A stretch of 64,000 nt of DNA from Thermofilaceae archaeon (GTDB taxonomy: Archaea; Thermoproteota; Thermoprotei; Thermofilales; Thermofilaceae): positions 448,001 to 512,000 of the forward strand of contig JAWCCZ010000001.1 in NCBI GenBank assembly GCA_038861545.1, read 5' to 3'. The first letter of the stretch is position 1; every line of letters starts with the position of its first letter. Positions 19,708 to 29,916 of this stretch are shown one piece after another. Below the pieces are notes generated by a model. The model worked only from the letters and a program-made list of their open reading frames with translations. It searched no databases and had not been told where the DNA came from. The position numbers and the translations under genes were made by a program.

Positions 19708-21135
19708 TCATACCTGTGGGGGTTTACCTCCAACTTTACTCCAAAGCTTACTTAAGACCCTGTCAAGATCCTTCAGTTTATCTACTTCGAGGGTCAACGG
19801 TTCATGTTCTCTGAGTATTCTCTGAACTTCACAGTGAGCCCAATCCAATAGATCCCCAGTTTTCTTTCCGGTTATCGGCTCGGTATCCCACACATTTGGA
19901 ACGTGGATTTCTCTTCTGACAGCAGCTAGCGTGCTCCTGTGAGCCATAAAGTTACCCCGCTTTGCGAGCACAACTTCTCTGATCAAGTCTACATCTCCGG
20001 GTGAGATGGGGAAGCCCCTAGCTAAGCGTAAAGCAATCCCGCATATCTCGTTATCCAGTACAAGCTTCTCCATCGACTGAATACTCTCATAGCCAAGCAT
20101 TCCGGGACCTGAGACGATGTCGAAGCCTGCAAGCGCTGCAAGCGTGGCGGTGTAGGCCGCCTCAGCTCCAGCTTGGTAGTTGGCCGCCTTAGCATCGGCG
20201 AGCCCCATATACGTGTGACAAGGCAGTTGCACGTATTTAGCCATATCCCTGTAGGATAGGCTTACTAGCGTCGCTTCAGGGGCGGTGATCATTGGGGTTC
20301 CGAAACGCGGGTGTATCACGGTAGGAGAGCCCCCGTAAATTACCTTGGCCTTGGTCGATGCTAACTGGGCTATAACAACCGCGCTGAGGACTTCTGCGTG
20401 GTGCTGTGCAAGGGCCCCGTACACTGTAGCGGGGGCGTTAGCTCCAAGCCCAGGCATAGCTACTATTTCAGCTGGTGCACCTAACCGCGCTAGGTCGACT
20501 AAGTTCCTAGAAGTGATGGCGCTCCAGGATAAGGGAGGAGAAGGACATACATCAAATATAGCGAACGGTCTCTCACGATAGTCTGCGCGGACGGCAGCTA
20601 ACATTTCTACCATTAGGGGCAAGTTCTCGATTGTGAAAGCACCGGTTACTACGGGTTTTGAAGAGTATTTTAAAACCACATAAAGCCGCACGGCATCGCT
20701 TACCTCAACTGGGACGTCGCCCGGTACAAGGGCCGTGCTCTGTCCTCTGATGTACTCGAGCGCGTCTACCAGTTTAACGAAATTTCTTAGATCGCTAAGG
20801 GTAGGCATCCTAGGTTCAGTCGAACTATAGTCGAGGATCTTCACGGCAGCGGATCCAGGGTTAAACACTTTTGCCTCTTCACCCAGTCTCGCAGCTAGGC
20901 GCCCCTCTCTATCGTAAAGGGGAAAGCTTTTCGGCGTTTTTAAGAGTGCCTCTTTAACAAGTTCTTCACATACTAGGATTCTTCCACCTCTAGCTTCGCA
21001 TCCAGCCTCTAGCAGAATCTTCTCAACCGTTTTATCTTCAAAATAAATGCCTATTTCAGATAGAAGGTGAAGCGCTGCCGCATGTATTTGCTCAGTTTCC
21101 TCACCTGACAGGACCGTGAAGACGGGCTTCGGCAC
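19708..21135 (-). CDS. MttB (trimethylamine methyltransferase) superfamily protein, non-pyrrolysine
   Basis: IH.AAL.LL.EIG, APATVYGAL.QH.AE.L, YGG, APE, DAK..YQAG.E, GML...S.EKLVLDNEI; no in-frame TAG. Confidence 0.87.
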   Translation of the reverse strand: MPKPVFTVLSGEETEQIHAAALHLLSEIGIYFEDKTVEKILLEAGCEARGGRILVCEELVKEALLKTPKSFPLYDREGRLAARLGEEAKVFNPGSAAVKILDYSSTEPRMPTLSDLRNFVKLVDALEYIRGQSTALVPGDVPVEVSDAVRLYVVLKYSSKPVVTGAFTIENLPLMVEMLAAVRADYRERPFAIFDVCPSPPLSWSAITSRNLVDLARLGAPAEIVAMPGLGANAPATVYGALAQHHAEVLSAVVIAQLASTKAKVIYGGSPTVIHPRFGTPMITAPEATLVSLSYRDMAKYVQLPCHTYMGLADAKAANYQAGAEAAYTATLAALAGFDIVSGPGMLGYESIQSMEKLVLDNEICGIALRLARGFPISPGDVDLIREVVLAKRGNFMAHRSTLAAVRREIHVPNVWDTEPITGKKTGDLLDWAHCEVQRILREHEPLTLEVDKLKDLDRVLSKLWSKVGGKPPQV

Positions 21136-21278
21136 AGCGTGTTCGCTTAACTACTGGTAAAAAGCTTTACCTGTTATGCTGAATTTAAAGATTAAATTAA
21201 GGAATTCTCCTTTAAAGTACTAAGAGAAGGGTAAATGCAAACTGAAAGGTGAACTGGTTCAGTCCTGTATATTTTTCA

Positions 21279-24200
21279 TTAAGTGCTAGATGCTGCACGG
21301 TTGATGTATCTGGCTTTCTCCTCTCCAGCTAGTGATGTCCAGAGGAGTAGCTGTTTTCTAAGGTCGTCAAAGAAGTATGGCGTTGAGCTGTGCCAGGTAA
21401 TCCTAGAACCCCCGAGTAACTTAGCCGTTACGCCAATAATGTACTTCTTGCCTGGTTGTTCAATGATATGTATCGATACAGCTTGCTCAGTTCCGCTCTC
21501 CACTGGGGTTACCAGTACTTTTATCTTCAATTCTAAGCTTGAAGCATCTACACCCCCCGTCTCTATTACTCGAAAGCTGGGTTTGTAGGATCCGACTCCC
21601 TCATAATACTCTCGAAGGTACTCCAGCAAGCCTAAAGCCTCGCTCCTCGATGTAAGCCTAAGCGGGAAAACAATCTCCCATAAATCTCCACGCGGCTTCG
21701 TGGGAGGTTTCCAAACTCTTTCCAAAGATGGGGTTATAAGCTGCGAAGCCTTGAGTGCCGGATATAGGGCCGAAACTAAGCATACTGATACAACTGCTAT
21801 TAGAGCCAGTATCACCGCCGCGGATGCATAGTTAAACACATAGGTCTCCGGTAGAAGGCCTGTACATATGAAGTACCAAGAGAACGTCCAGCCCAGCACA
21901 TAACCAATAAACGCGCTGAGAAGCCCATAGACTAGGAACTCCACTATAAACATTAACGATGCACCGCGAGGAGAAAGTCCGACAGCGGAGAACACTAACA
22001 TTTCCCTTGATCTTTCATAAACAGCCGCTAGCAGCGTCACTACAATGCTTATTGATCCCAGCGCAAGGAGTGGGATTACGAATTCCCATCCGAAAAGCGC
22101 GTAACTGAAAACCCTGCTCACCGTTATAGAGGTACCGTTACTGTGGAGAGAAACTCCGGCGTCCAGTGCATAACACGCCTTACGTGCTAAGTCGATCATC
22201 ACATCAAAGGAGGAGTTTCCCATTATAACTCCAACACTGTTAACGAAACCTCCCAACTTCAGTGCAAGTAAGTCAGTAGCTATGAGCACCCGATCCCAAG
22301 CGAGGGTATTCAGGCTTATTTGGCCTCCCCCGATCGTAAAGCCGTAGAGCGTGGGCGAGTACGTTGGGTCAAGTGGTATGTACGAGTACCCATCTGGATC
22401 ACTGGGGAGCCTCTGCAGCTCCTCCTCGTTGAGGATTCCAACAACAGTTAGCTTAAACCCTGAGTATTCTACTTCGTCTCCCACAGTTACTCCGAGTAAT
22501 CGAGCCTGCTTAGTAGTTAACAGGCAGGCATACATCTGATAGGGGTGAAATACTGATCCGTTAACTACTGCGTGGGATAATATCCTATCGGCTTCAAGGA
22601 AGTTTAAACCTAACACGCCTTGAACTACAGCATAACCGTCTCTACCAACGATAAGCCCATAGGGCCCAAGTTTATTCACCGAGACCGGGTAAAGCCATAC
22701 CCTAGGTGTGGAAGCGGATCCGGCTAATCCCTTTAATGCTTCAACGGCCTCGATGCCGAGAACCTCGTGCAGCACTCCGGTTCCCCTCCTTACAACGAGC
22801 CCCTCGTAAGCAGCAGGTCGATGAACCGTTGACACTGATGTGAACACCGCAGGCGAGGTTGATGTTAATGAGACTACTGCTACTGCAACTGTGGTTATTG
22901 ATATAAGGGTTAAAACACTCCTTAAAGGCCTTTTCCGCATATTTTCCAAAGCGGTTGAGATCGACATAAGCGCTGCTGATGTTTCTTCTCCTTTGAACTC
23001 ATGGAAACCCAGCCTGGACGCGGCGAAACTCCTTAAAACATGTGACGTTTCGCTCGAGAATACGGCAAGCACAAGCAATGCGATCATAAGCAGAGAAGTT
23101 CCCAGTACAGACATAGCAGAGTTGGCAAGCACCGTCATCGCTGGGTGTACGAGAGTGAAGACTAGTAGCGCTGTAACACCAACTCCAGTTACCGCCAAGA
23201 TTCTTTTCAATCCTTCGCTATGAACTAGAAGCCTCTCAAGAAGGTATGCTGAAGGCAGCACTATGAACAACATCAACACAGCGGTTCTTGCGGTTTCGTC
23301 GTAAAGGGGCATAACCTCCTCAGCGTAGTACCTTGCTGAGAAGGATAGGGCTAAAAGCGAGTACCTATAAGTCTCTGAGTACTTACGCTCCCTGATCGCG
23401 TTGAGGGCTGCCGAGATGTACCAACTAGCGTTTTTCTCGTAGACCTCAGCGCTTAGCCTCCGTACGCCCCTCGACTTTAGCTGAAAATACCTGTAGTGAG
23501 CGACCCGAAAAGTATCGATCGAGTATGCTAGTGCAGGTGTAGTAATCAATGTAAAACCCGGTTTAACCTGTACCCCTAGTCCCTCGGGGTCATTTTCTGT
23601 AGAGTTAGTTAAAAGTATTAGAGGTCTCAGCTCAAGAGATGGGTTCTCCGGTTTAGCGGCAATGACGATCCTGGAACCTATAGGAGCCGCTACCATAGCT
23701 ACATCGTGCTGAGGAATTAAATAACTGCTCCAATGCATTGGCTCGGCTTTAGTCAATGTATCATACACTTTCACTTCTCCGCCTAAGTTGTACCATACCC
23801 TAACTCCTCCCATTCTAGGATCATCCATCGCTCCTGTTCTGAAAAGCCTTGGTGAAACGATGTCGAAGAGCACGACTATCCCCCCTTTAAACACAGGCAC
23901 GAATACCGGCATAGGATCCTGCAGCGCTCCGACAATGAGCGCTGCCGGCGAGACGCCGTACACACCTTGATCAACCACATACACTGAGTCCCCCTCAACC
24001 TTTATGGCCTCAATCAGCCAGTAGTTCACACCCTGCGGGGATAATCCCACAATCTCCGCTATGCCGTCAGACCTTGTTTTCTTTAAAGTGCAAGCAAAGG
24101 GGTACGTATGCGGGTAGCTCCAAGCTCTGATAACCACGTCCGATACAGGGGTGTACCAGCCTGCGCTGAGGTTGAAGGAAGCCACGCTGATTTTAAACGA

Positions 24201-25721
24201 TACTAGGCCCCAGAGAAGGACACCCGCTGTGCCACCACCGACACCCGTAAATCGGCTGGGCATCGAGCTAGAGCGGCTTAATCCAACCTCTTCTACTGTT
24301 AGCATTTGAAGTATGAGCGCTGCAGCTTGGTACAGCTGGGGGACTATGTAGCTCCATCTAAGCGAGCTGGTGCCGGGTACACCTTCCCAGTTCCGAAAGC
24401 TGAATTGTGTTCTAACGGTGAAACCAATCATGTTAGCAACAACGAAGGGCTCAGTATCCAACAAGTATGGGGTGGCCATAGTGCCTGTCCAACTCCAATC
24501 TGGCCCATCCACTAAATCGACGTCTCTGATGAGCCCCAGTTCCCTGTAAACGCTGATGAGGTTCTCCGGTAATAGTTTTCTTTGGCTCAGGTAAGTGAAT
24601 ATGAAGTCGCTAAGCTGCCTACTAACTAGTTCCTGAACCCGGCTGTACTTAGCCGTGAAGAGAGCTCTTCCTGCGCGATAGAAGTGACCCATGTAGACGA
24701 GCGAAACGCCTGGGAAGTCATCCGAGAAGTCTACACCCACAACATACCATACCACGTTTCTCCCCGAGATCAGATCCGGGTCTAAGGCAAAGCTGTCTGC
24801 CATATGTCTCGCTCCCACTAATCCTTGCCAGTGACCTGAGAGGAAGGCGATCCACAGCGATCGCTCGAAGCGAGTTTGCGCCGCGATTCTCGCTAACTCG
24901 AGCAGGAAGCCAACATTAAGTGCGTCGTGAACACTCCGAGCTAAGGCGGGGACAACCGACCAGGAGTCAATGCTTGCGACAACGAGCACGGCCTCGTCCT
25001 GCTTTCTGCCGGGTACCTTAACCAACAGGTTACTGGCTTCAACTATTTCAAGCGAAATCTGTGAATCAATTACAGCAGTGTAACCTCTCAAAGCACACTC
25101 AATTAATCTCTCAGCATTTTCCCCCTCTACGTACAACCTGACAAACGGGTAGAAAGCATACCATTCAAACTTAGAGTATGCTTCATATCTATCTGCTTCA
25201 CTTGCTCCAATAAATACAACTGCCTTAGCACCGAATTTCGCAGCGTATCTCCAGTTATCCCCGCTGCAGAAGTCCATCACTATAATTGCCCCTTCCACCT
25301 CTCTTCCATCGAAATCTTCCAACCTACCTTCACCAACGTAAACCAGCTTTCCTGTCAAATTACTGTAGTCCCAAGTCCCCACGTGTCCATTCGGCCAAAC
25401 TGCATACGCTTTGAGTTCTATTCCCATTTCCGGAATCCTAATCAGACTTCTCCTATCCATAGGTACTAAAAGGGTAAAATTCTGGAACTCCGGATTTAGC
25501 CCTAGGCTGTTGAGCTGGCTGGCAATATAATCAATAGATGCATAATAACCCTCATAGCCCGTAACCCTAGATCCTAGCTGAGAGAGCACATAAGCGTGCT
25601 CCATAACGGCTTCAGTGCTTAACTGGTCAAGCAGTTGCTCAAGGGTTTTCGGAGCTGGTTGAGCTAGTGTAACCGCACTGAATGCTAGCAACGTGAGGCT
25701 AACTATAGCGTAAAGCCTCAT
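21279..25721 (-). CDS. Large membrane protein: signal peptide, PA/M28-like domain and MacB/FtsX-type ABC permease
   Basis: SRVTGYEG, PA-like GKLVYVGEG..DF, LLELAR; TM block; ALENMRKRPLRSVLT; FtsX motif AVYERSREM.VFSAVGLSP. Confidence 0.8.
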   Translation of the reverse strand: MRLYAIVSLTLLAFSAVTLAQPAPKTLEQLLDQLSTEAVMEHAYVLSQLGSRVTGYEGYYASIDYIASQLNSLGLNPEFQNFTLLVPMDRRSLIRIPEMGIELKAYAVWPNGHVGTWDYSNLTGKLVYVGEGRLEDFDGREVEGAIIVMDFCSGDNWRYAAKFGAKAVVFIGASEADRYEAYSKFEWYAFYPFVRLYVEGENAERLIECALRGYTAVIDSQISLEIVEASNLLVKVPGRKQDEAVLVVASIDSWSVVPALARSVHDALNVGFLLELARIAAQTRFERSLWIAFLSGHWQGLVGARHMADSFALDPDLISGRNVVWYVVGVDFSDDFPGVSLVYMGHFYRAGRALFTAKYSRVQELVSRQLSDFIFTYLSQRKLLPENLISVYRELGLIRDVDLVDGPDWSWTGTMATPYLLDTEPFVVANMIGFTVRTQFSFRNWEGVPGTSSLRWSYIVPQLYQAAALILQMLTVEEVGLSRSSSMPSRFTGVGGGTAGVLLWGLVSFKISVASFNLSAGWYTPVSDVVIRAWSYPHTYPFACTLKKTRSDGIAEIVGLSPQGVNYWLIEAIKVEGDSVYVVDQGVYGVSPAALIVGALQDPMPVFVPVFKGGIVVLFDIVSPRLFRTGAMDDPRMGGVRVWYNLGGEVKVYDTLTKAEPMHWSSYLIPQHDVAMVAAPIGSRIVIAAKPENPSLELRPLILLTNSTENDPEGLGVQVKPGFTLITTPALAYSIDTFRVAHYRYFQLKSRGVRRLSAEVYEKNASWYISAALNAIRERKYSETYRYSLLALSFSARYYAEEVMPLYDETARTAVLMLFIVLPSAYLLERLLVHSEGLKRILAVTGVGVTALLVFTLVHPAMTVLANSAMSVLGTSLLMIALLVLAVFSSETSHVLRSFAASRLGFHEFKGEETSAALMSISTALENMRKRPLRSVLTLISITTVAVAVVSLTSTSPAVFTSVSTVHRPAAYEGLVVRRGTGVLHEVLGIEAVEALKGLAGSASTPRVWLYPVSVNKLGPYGLIVGRDGYAVVQGVLGLNFLEADRILSHAVVNGSVFHPYQMYACLLTTKQARLLGVTVGDEVEYSGFKLTVVGILNEEELQRLPSDPDGYSYIPLDPTYSPTLYGFTIGGGQISLNTLAWDRVLIATDLLALKLGGFVNSVGVIMGNSSFDVMIDLARKACYALDAGVSLHSNGTSITVSRVFSYALFGWEFVIPLLALGSISIVVTLLAAVYERSREMLVFSAVGLSPRGASLMFIVEFLVYGLLSAFIGYVLGWTFSWYFICTGLLPETYVFNYASAAVILALIAVVSVCLVSALYPALKASQLITPSLERVWKPPTKPRGDLWEIVFPLRLTSRSEALGLLEYLREYYEGVGSYKPSFRVIETGGVDASSLELKIKVLVTPVESGTEQAVSIHIIEQPGKKYIIGVTAKLLGGSRITWHSSTPYFFDDLRKQLLLWTSLAGEEKARYINRAASST

Positions 25722-25727
25722 TTTATT

Positions 25728-27656
25728 TCACCACGGCCAAAGCCAAGCGGATTTAACAAGCATCAAGCTCACGACGGCTATTGTAGCGGCTAATCCCTCT
25801 CCTAGTAGCACACCAGCCACGGTCACGCTTCTAGCTTTCTCCCATCGTTCTTTAAGGAAACGGCGTAGGACGAATCTGCTTACAGCGGATCCAGCGAATA
25901 AGGGGATCGCGTACGTCGGTGGAGTGGTTATACCTAACATTAAGCCAGCCGATGAAATACCCAGTTTCAAGACTTTTGTAGCTAACTCAATTACGGCAGC
26001 TAAACCAACTGTGCCTATAGCCGATAAAACCAGCAGTTGGGGCGAGATGCGAAGCGCCCTAGTCACCAGTAGTGAGTCGATCATAGCGGACGCCGGCATT
26101 GAAATAATTGTGTTAGGGTATGCGCTGCTCGGTATCGGAGCAATCCTCCAGAAGAAGTCGAGGGATAGAAGGTTTATCATTAATCCTAAGGTGTACGCGA
26201 ACATCCAAACTTTTATTACATCGACCGGCTTAGTGCGGGTCAGTAACGCTACTTTCATCGCCTGCGCACCTCCACCTGCAGCCCCACCAGCAATAACCGG
26301 CGGGTATACAAATGAGGCGTAAGCCTCCTTAGGGGTTAATCCCCCAGTTGGCGTTAGGTAGACGATTGTATGCCATAGGTACGGAGGTGACGAGAAAGAA
26401 GCTCCGCTTTCACCGACTATCGCTGCCGAAATCAACCCCAAGAGAAAACTCATGCCAAGCGACGTCAGCAGCGCAACTATAAGAGGGAAGTTCGGTAAAA
26501 GGTAATGGAATACCGCTACGGATGAGAGCGTTGAGGATAGGAAGCAAGCAAATGCCAGCCGAAGTGGGGGAAATATGCTGTTGTCCTTGGATCCTATCAA
26601 TGAACGGCTTAGAGCCCTAGCCGTTATGGAAAGAGCTTTTCGGTACTTTAGAATCGTTAGTACCGCGAACCCTAACGCAGCCCCGATCTGTATGGGGAGC
26701 CAAACCCTGACTTGAGATCGCTGCAGGACTCTAACTAGGTCCATCCCTCCATAATATTCAGAAACCCATTCCGGGAATAGTTGCCTCAATACAGGGTTTG
26801 TCAAAATTAGCGAGTTTCCAAAGACCCATATGGCGAGCGATATAGCTAGGCTTACTGAGGCAATGCCGAACGGTACTATCATACCAGCTGCCCAGGGCAT
26901 AAGGCTAGTCGCTAAACCCAAAACAGCCCCGGGCAAGATGGAAGAGGTAAGTCTCGTTAAATCGATAAGAGGGAGGGGGATCAACGGGAAGCCGAAGCCT
27001 GAACCAAGGTAGAGGATCGAGCCGTAGGAAAGCCCAACGTACAGGCCAGGAGCTAAGAAGCTAATAGTTTCCCTGAACTTTTCACCGCTCGATACCGCTT
27101 CTACAATGGAAGCATCTACTTGAGCGTAAGGAAAGGGGAGTTTCTGGATTTCGACGAACACATGTGCAGCGATTATGGCTAATGAGAGCTCGGCCAGCAT
27201 AGCCAAGGCTGTGGCAATTGTCCAAGTCACCAAAGGCTTCGCTAAGTCTAAATGGAAGAACGTCCTAAGCCTGTAAGCTGTTGAAGAGAGAGGTGGAGCG
27301 AGCCAGTCTGGCACTACCTCGGGTAGTGGAATGCCCATCAGGCTATAGGATTGAGAAATTGGGCTCTGCATGAAGTACATCCTATAAACAATAAGGTAGT
27401 AGGCGGTTGTCGAGATTCCGGAGACAGATCCGACGCCAACATACAGGACAAAAACCTCCTGGGGCTTTATGTCCGAACCCAGAAGCCTCATAACGTATGC
27501 GAAAAGAACTAGGAGAGCATAAGTTCCAACTAGGCCCAGCGAAACACCCGCGATTAAATTCAAGTAGGTGCTAGCAGGGATAAAAACTAGCGCTGCGATG
27601 ACAACAAAGAGCGCGGTTCTCCATGTGAAACCGCTTTCTAACTCACTTGAGGCCAT
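25728..27656 (-). CDS. OPT-like (oligopeptide transporter-related) polytopic membrane protein
   Basis: More than 12 TM helices, GFTWR N-terminal motif, LPFP, C-terminal AG.LLGEG; 6 bp from the FtsX-fusion gene. Start taken as ATG 27656. Confidence 0.7.
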   Translation of the reverse strand: MASSELESGFTWRTALFVVIAALVFIPASTYLNLIAGVSLGLVGTYALLVLFAYVMRLLGSDIKPQEVFVLYVGVGSVSGISTTAYYLIVYRMYFMQSPISQSYSLMGIPLPEVVPDWLAPPLSSTAYRLRTFFHLDLAKPLVTWTIATALAMLAELSLAIIAAHVFVEIQKLPFPYAQVDASIVEAVSSGEKFRETISFLAPGLYVGLSYGSILYLGSGFGFPLIPLPLIDLTRLTSSILPGAVLGLATSLMPWAAGMIVPFGIASVSLAISLAIWVFGNSLILTNPVLRQLFPEWVSEYYGGMDLVRVLQRSQVRVWLPIQIGAALGFAVLTILKYRKALSITARALSRSLIGSKDNSIFPPLRLAFACFLSSTLSSVAVFHYLLPNFPLIVALLTSLGMSFLLGLISAAIVGESGASFSSPPYLWHTIVYLTPTGGLTPKEAYASFVYPPVIAGGAAGGGAQAMKVALLTRTKPVDVIKVWMFAYTLGLMINLLSLDFFWRIAPIPSSAYPNTIISMPASAMIDSLLVTRALRISPQLLVLSAIGTVGLAAVIELATKVLKLGISSAGLMLGITTPPTYAIPLFAGSAVSRFVLRRFLKERWEKARSVTVAGVLLGEGLAATIAVVSLMLVKSAWLWPW

Positions 27657-27744
27657 CACTATTATTGTTGGCGAGGTAGGTAAAAACTTCTGCGCACAGG
27701 CTAACGGGAAATTCAAATATAAGGTTGTTAGGCATTTTTCCTAA

Positions 27745-28452
27745 ATGCTACAAGTAAAGTGTTTAGCGGTTGATGTAGACGGCACTCTTACGGATGAGGC
27801 TGGGGAGATTCCAGTGCCAGTTGTGGAGGTTCTCCGACAACTGAGGACTAAAGGTTTCCACGTGATTCTCGTCTCAGGGAATTCTTACTTATCCCTCTAT
27901 GCGCTCAGCCGTTACCTGCCTGTCACGAAGCTGGTCGTAGCGGAGAACGGTGGCGTAATTGGGTACCGCGAAGGTTACACTATTCTCGGTCGGAAGGAGG
28001 ATGGGTTAGAGATTCAAAAACTAGTGGCGGAGAGGTTGACAAACATCCTTGTAGAGAGCTGGCATAACAGGTTCCGCTTCGTCGATATGGCTTTCCATCC
28101 CGCACCCGGCGTGAATGTGAGCGACGCTGTCGCAAAGGCTACCAACGAGCTAAGGCCTCTAGGCTTGGAGGTAGTATACAGTGGATGGGCTATCCACATA
28201 CATAAACTGGGTGTAAATAAGGGAACTGGGTTACTAGAAGTCTGCAAGAGGCTTGAGCTTGAACCATCTGAAATAGTAGCTATCGGCGATAGCAGTGTAG
28301 ATAAACCAATGTTTGAAATTGCAGGGCTTGGGATTGCTCTGGCAAATTCCCCTATAGAGCTTAAGGAAGCCGCGACCTTAGTCACTAAAGAGGGTTACTG
28401 GAAGGGCTTCTTAGAAGCTCTGCATATTTTAGAGAGAAAGGGCTTTCTATAG
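27745..28452 (+). CDS. Phosphoglycolate phosphatase-like HAD hydrolase (Cof/SPP type)
   Basis: DVDGTLT, SGN, AENG, NKG, GDS.VD motifs. Confidence 0.9.
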   Translation: MLQVKCLAVDVDGTLTDEAGEIPVPVVEVLRQLRTKGFHVILVSGNSYLSLYALSRYLPVTKLVVAENGGVIGYREGYTILGRKEDGLEIQKLVAERLTNILVESWHNRFRFVDMAFHPAPGVNVSDAVAKATNELRPLGLEVVYSGWAIHIHKLGVNKGTGLLEVCKRLELEPSEIVAIGDSSVDKPMFEIAGLGIALANSPIELKEAATLVTKEGYWKGFLEALHILERKGFL

Positions 28453-28558
28453 CTGAATACATTTTTAAAAATACTTTTAGCTCCAAAAAAATTTGAGTAA
28501 ATTCGTATTTTTACCAAAATAGAAACATTGATAAACTGACTCGGACGGAGTATCGGGA

Positions 28559-29170
28559 ATGCATCCAGCACAGGCTCTGAAGGTGATGATAGTAAGTGCA
28601 TCAGGGGCGTTAGCTCCAGGCCCCCTTACCGCAGTCTCAATAGCCGTTGGGGCTAGGAAGGGGTGGAAATCCGGTTTCGGGTTAGCTTTAGGGCACACTC
28701 TAGCAGAAGTACCTATTGTTTTAGCGATATTTTACGGCCTTTCGAGTTTCTTGGGTTCTGAAAGTCTCAGAATATGGCTAGGAGTAATCGGCTGTTTTTC
28801 GATGGTGTTTTTCGCTGTGCTCACAGTTAAAGACGCCATTAAGGGGATTAGTGTGAATGGAAAGGAGAATCTTAAAGGAGGGGCCTTTGCAACTGGGTTT
28901 GCGCTCACGATGTTTAACCCTCTTTTCATAATCTGGTGGCTGAGTGTTGGTTCACCGTTAATCGCTGAAGCAATTCCTCAAGGTTTAACTGAGCTTACTG
29001 TTATGTATTTTGCTCACGTGTGGATCGATTATGCATGGCTGATCGTAGTCGCTTATGCTGGATCAGTAAGCAAGTTAAACCCAATGGTCTACCGAACAGT
29101 TCTCCTCTTACTAGGCACTCTTCTACTTTACTTCGGTTTATCCTTGCTCATTACAGCAGTAAAGATTTAA
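28559..29170 (+). CDS. LysE-family translocator
   Basis: SGALAPGP, G...ALGH..E, F..GF.L...NP..I.WW. Confidence 0.88.
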   Translation: MHPAQALKVMIVSASGALAPGPLTAVSIAVGARKGWKSGFGLALGHTLAEVPIVLAIFYGLSSFLGSESLRIWLGVIGCFSMVFFAVLTVKDAIKGISVNGKENLKGGAFATGFALTMFNPLFIIWWLSVGSPLIAEAIPQGLTELTVMYFAHVWIDYAWLIVVAYAGSVSKLNPMVYRTVLLLLGTLLLYFGLSLLITAVKI

Positions 29171-29193
29171 TTTACTACAGAAATGGAGAACTT

Positions 29194-29508
29194 GTGATTG
29201 TTGAAGTTGAGGGGAAGCAGATAGCTATAGGGTGGAGGGAGGCTGCTGCCATGCTCACCATGTACATGGTTGATTGGCATGCAGCCACTCTTTCCGATTT
29301 AGAGCTGGTTGCTGGGAACTACGTTAACGCTGTGAAAGTAGCGGGAAAGTTGATCGAGCTCGGCTTAGTGAAAAGTTACTCCGTTAGGAAAGTAAAGATA
29401 TACGCTCTTACAGAGCTCGGCTTAGCTGCAGCAAGCGAGCTTAAGAGAAAAGCACAGGAAACCGGTATTTGGGAGAAGGCAGAGGAAGTTATCCGAAAGG
29501 TGGAGTAA
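29194..29508 (+). CDS. Small winged-helix protein, type A (paralog of 36868-37176)
   Basis: GTG 29194 with GGAGA upstream; KLIELGLV...IYALTELG wHTH pattern; ungapped similarity to 36868-37176. Confidence 0.75.
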   Translation: MIVEVEGKQIAIGWREAAAMLTMYMVDWHAATLSDLELVAGNYVNAVKVAGKLIELGLVKSYSVRKVKIYALTELGLAAASELKRKAQETGIWEKAEEVIRKVE

Positions 29509-29916
29509 ATGGAGGGTCTTACAGAGCTCCGCGAGCTAGCGATGGCGGTAACTAAGGCAGCTGAAGCGTTTTCAGTTATAAAGAAGAAAACTGCTAGACA
29601 TGTAATCCGAGGAGAAGCACCAAAGCTTCAGAGGGTTATAATGACTGTTGAAGCTGGAAGCCGTAAGCTAGAGTTAACCGACAAACAGATAGCCGCATTA
29701 CTAGCTTTAAAAGGGTCTGGTGGGGCTGAAGTGTTAAACACTATAGCGAGGCTAACGGGGCTTAACTCAAGGCTGGGCTTAGGTCTCGTAATGCAACTTA
29801 AAGACATGAATTTGGTAACAGTGGTGGAAACTCCTCAGCGCAGGATAGTGTTACTAACTCCTTTAGGATGGGAAGTTGTGGAAAAGGCTGAAAAAATATT
29901 GTCAGCTAGGGTTTAG
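29509..29916 (+). CDS. Small winged-helix protein, type B (paralog of 36032-36403)
   Basis: ALLAL..., LKDMNLV...VLLTPLG; abuts the type A gene. Confidence 0.78.
   Translation: MEGLTELRELAMAVTKAAEAFSVIKKKTARHVIRGEAPKLQRVIMTVEAGSRKLELTDKQIAALLALKGSGGAEVLNTIARLTGLNSRLGLGLVMQLKDMNLVTVVETPQRRIVLLTPLGWEVVEKAEKILSARV

Noticed and set aside
19708-21135. Pyrrolysine recoding in the MttB homolog
   Set aside because: The ORF is uninterrupted with no in-frame TAG, and no pyl genes are present
29020-29193. N-terminal extension of the ORF called at 29020
   Set aside because: Overlaps lysE; GTG 29194 has an SD-like sequence and matches the start of the paralog
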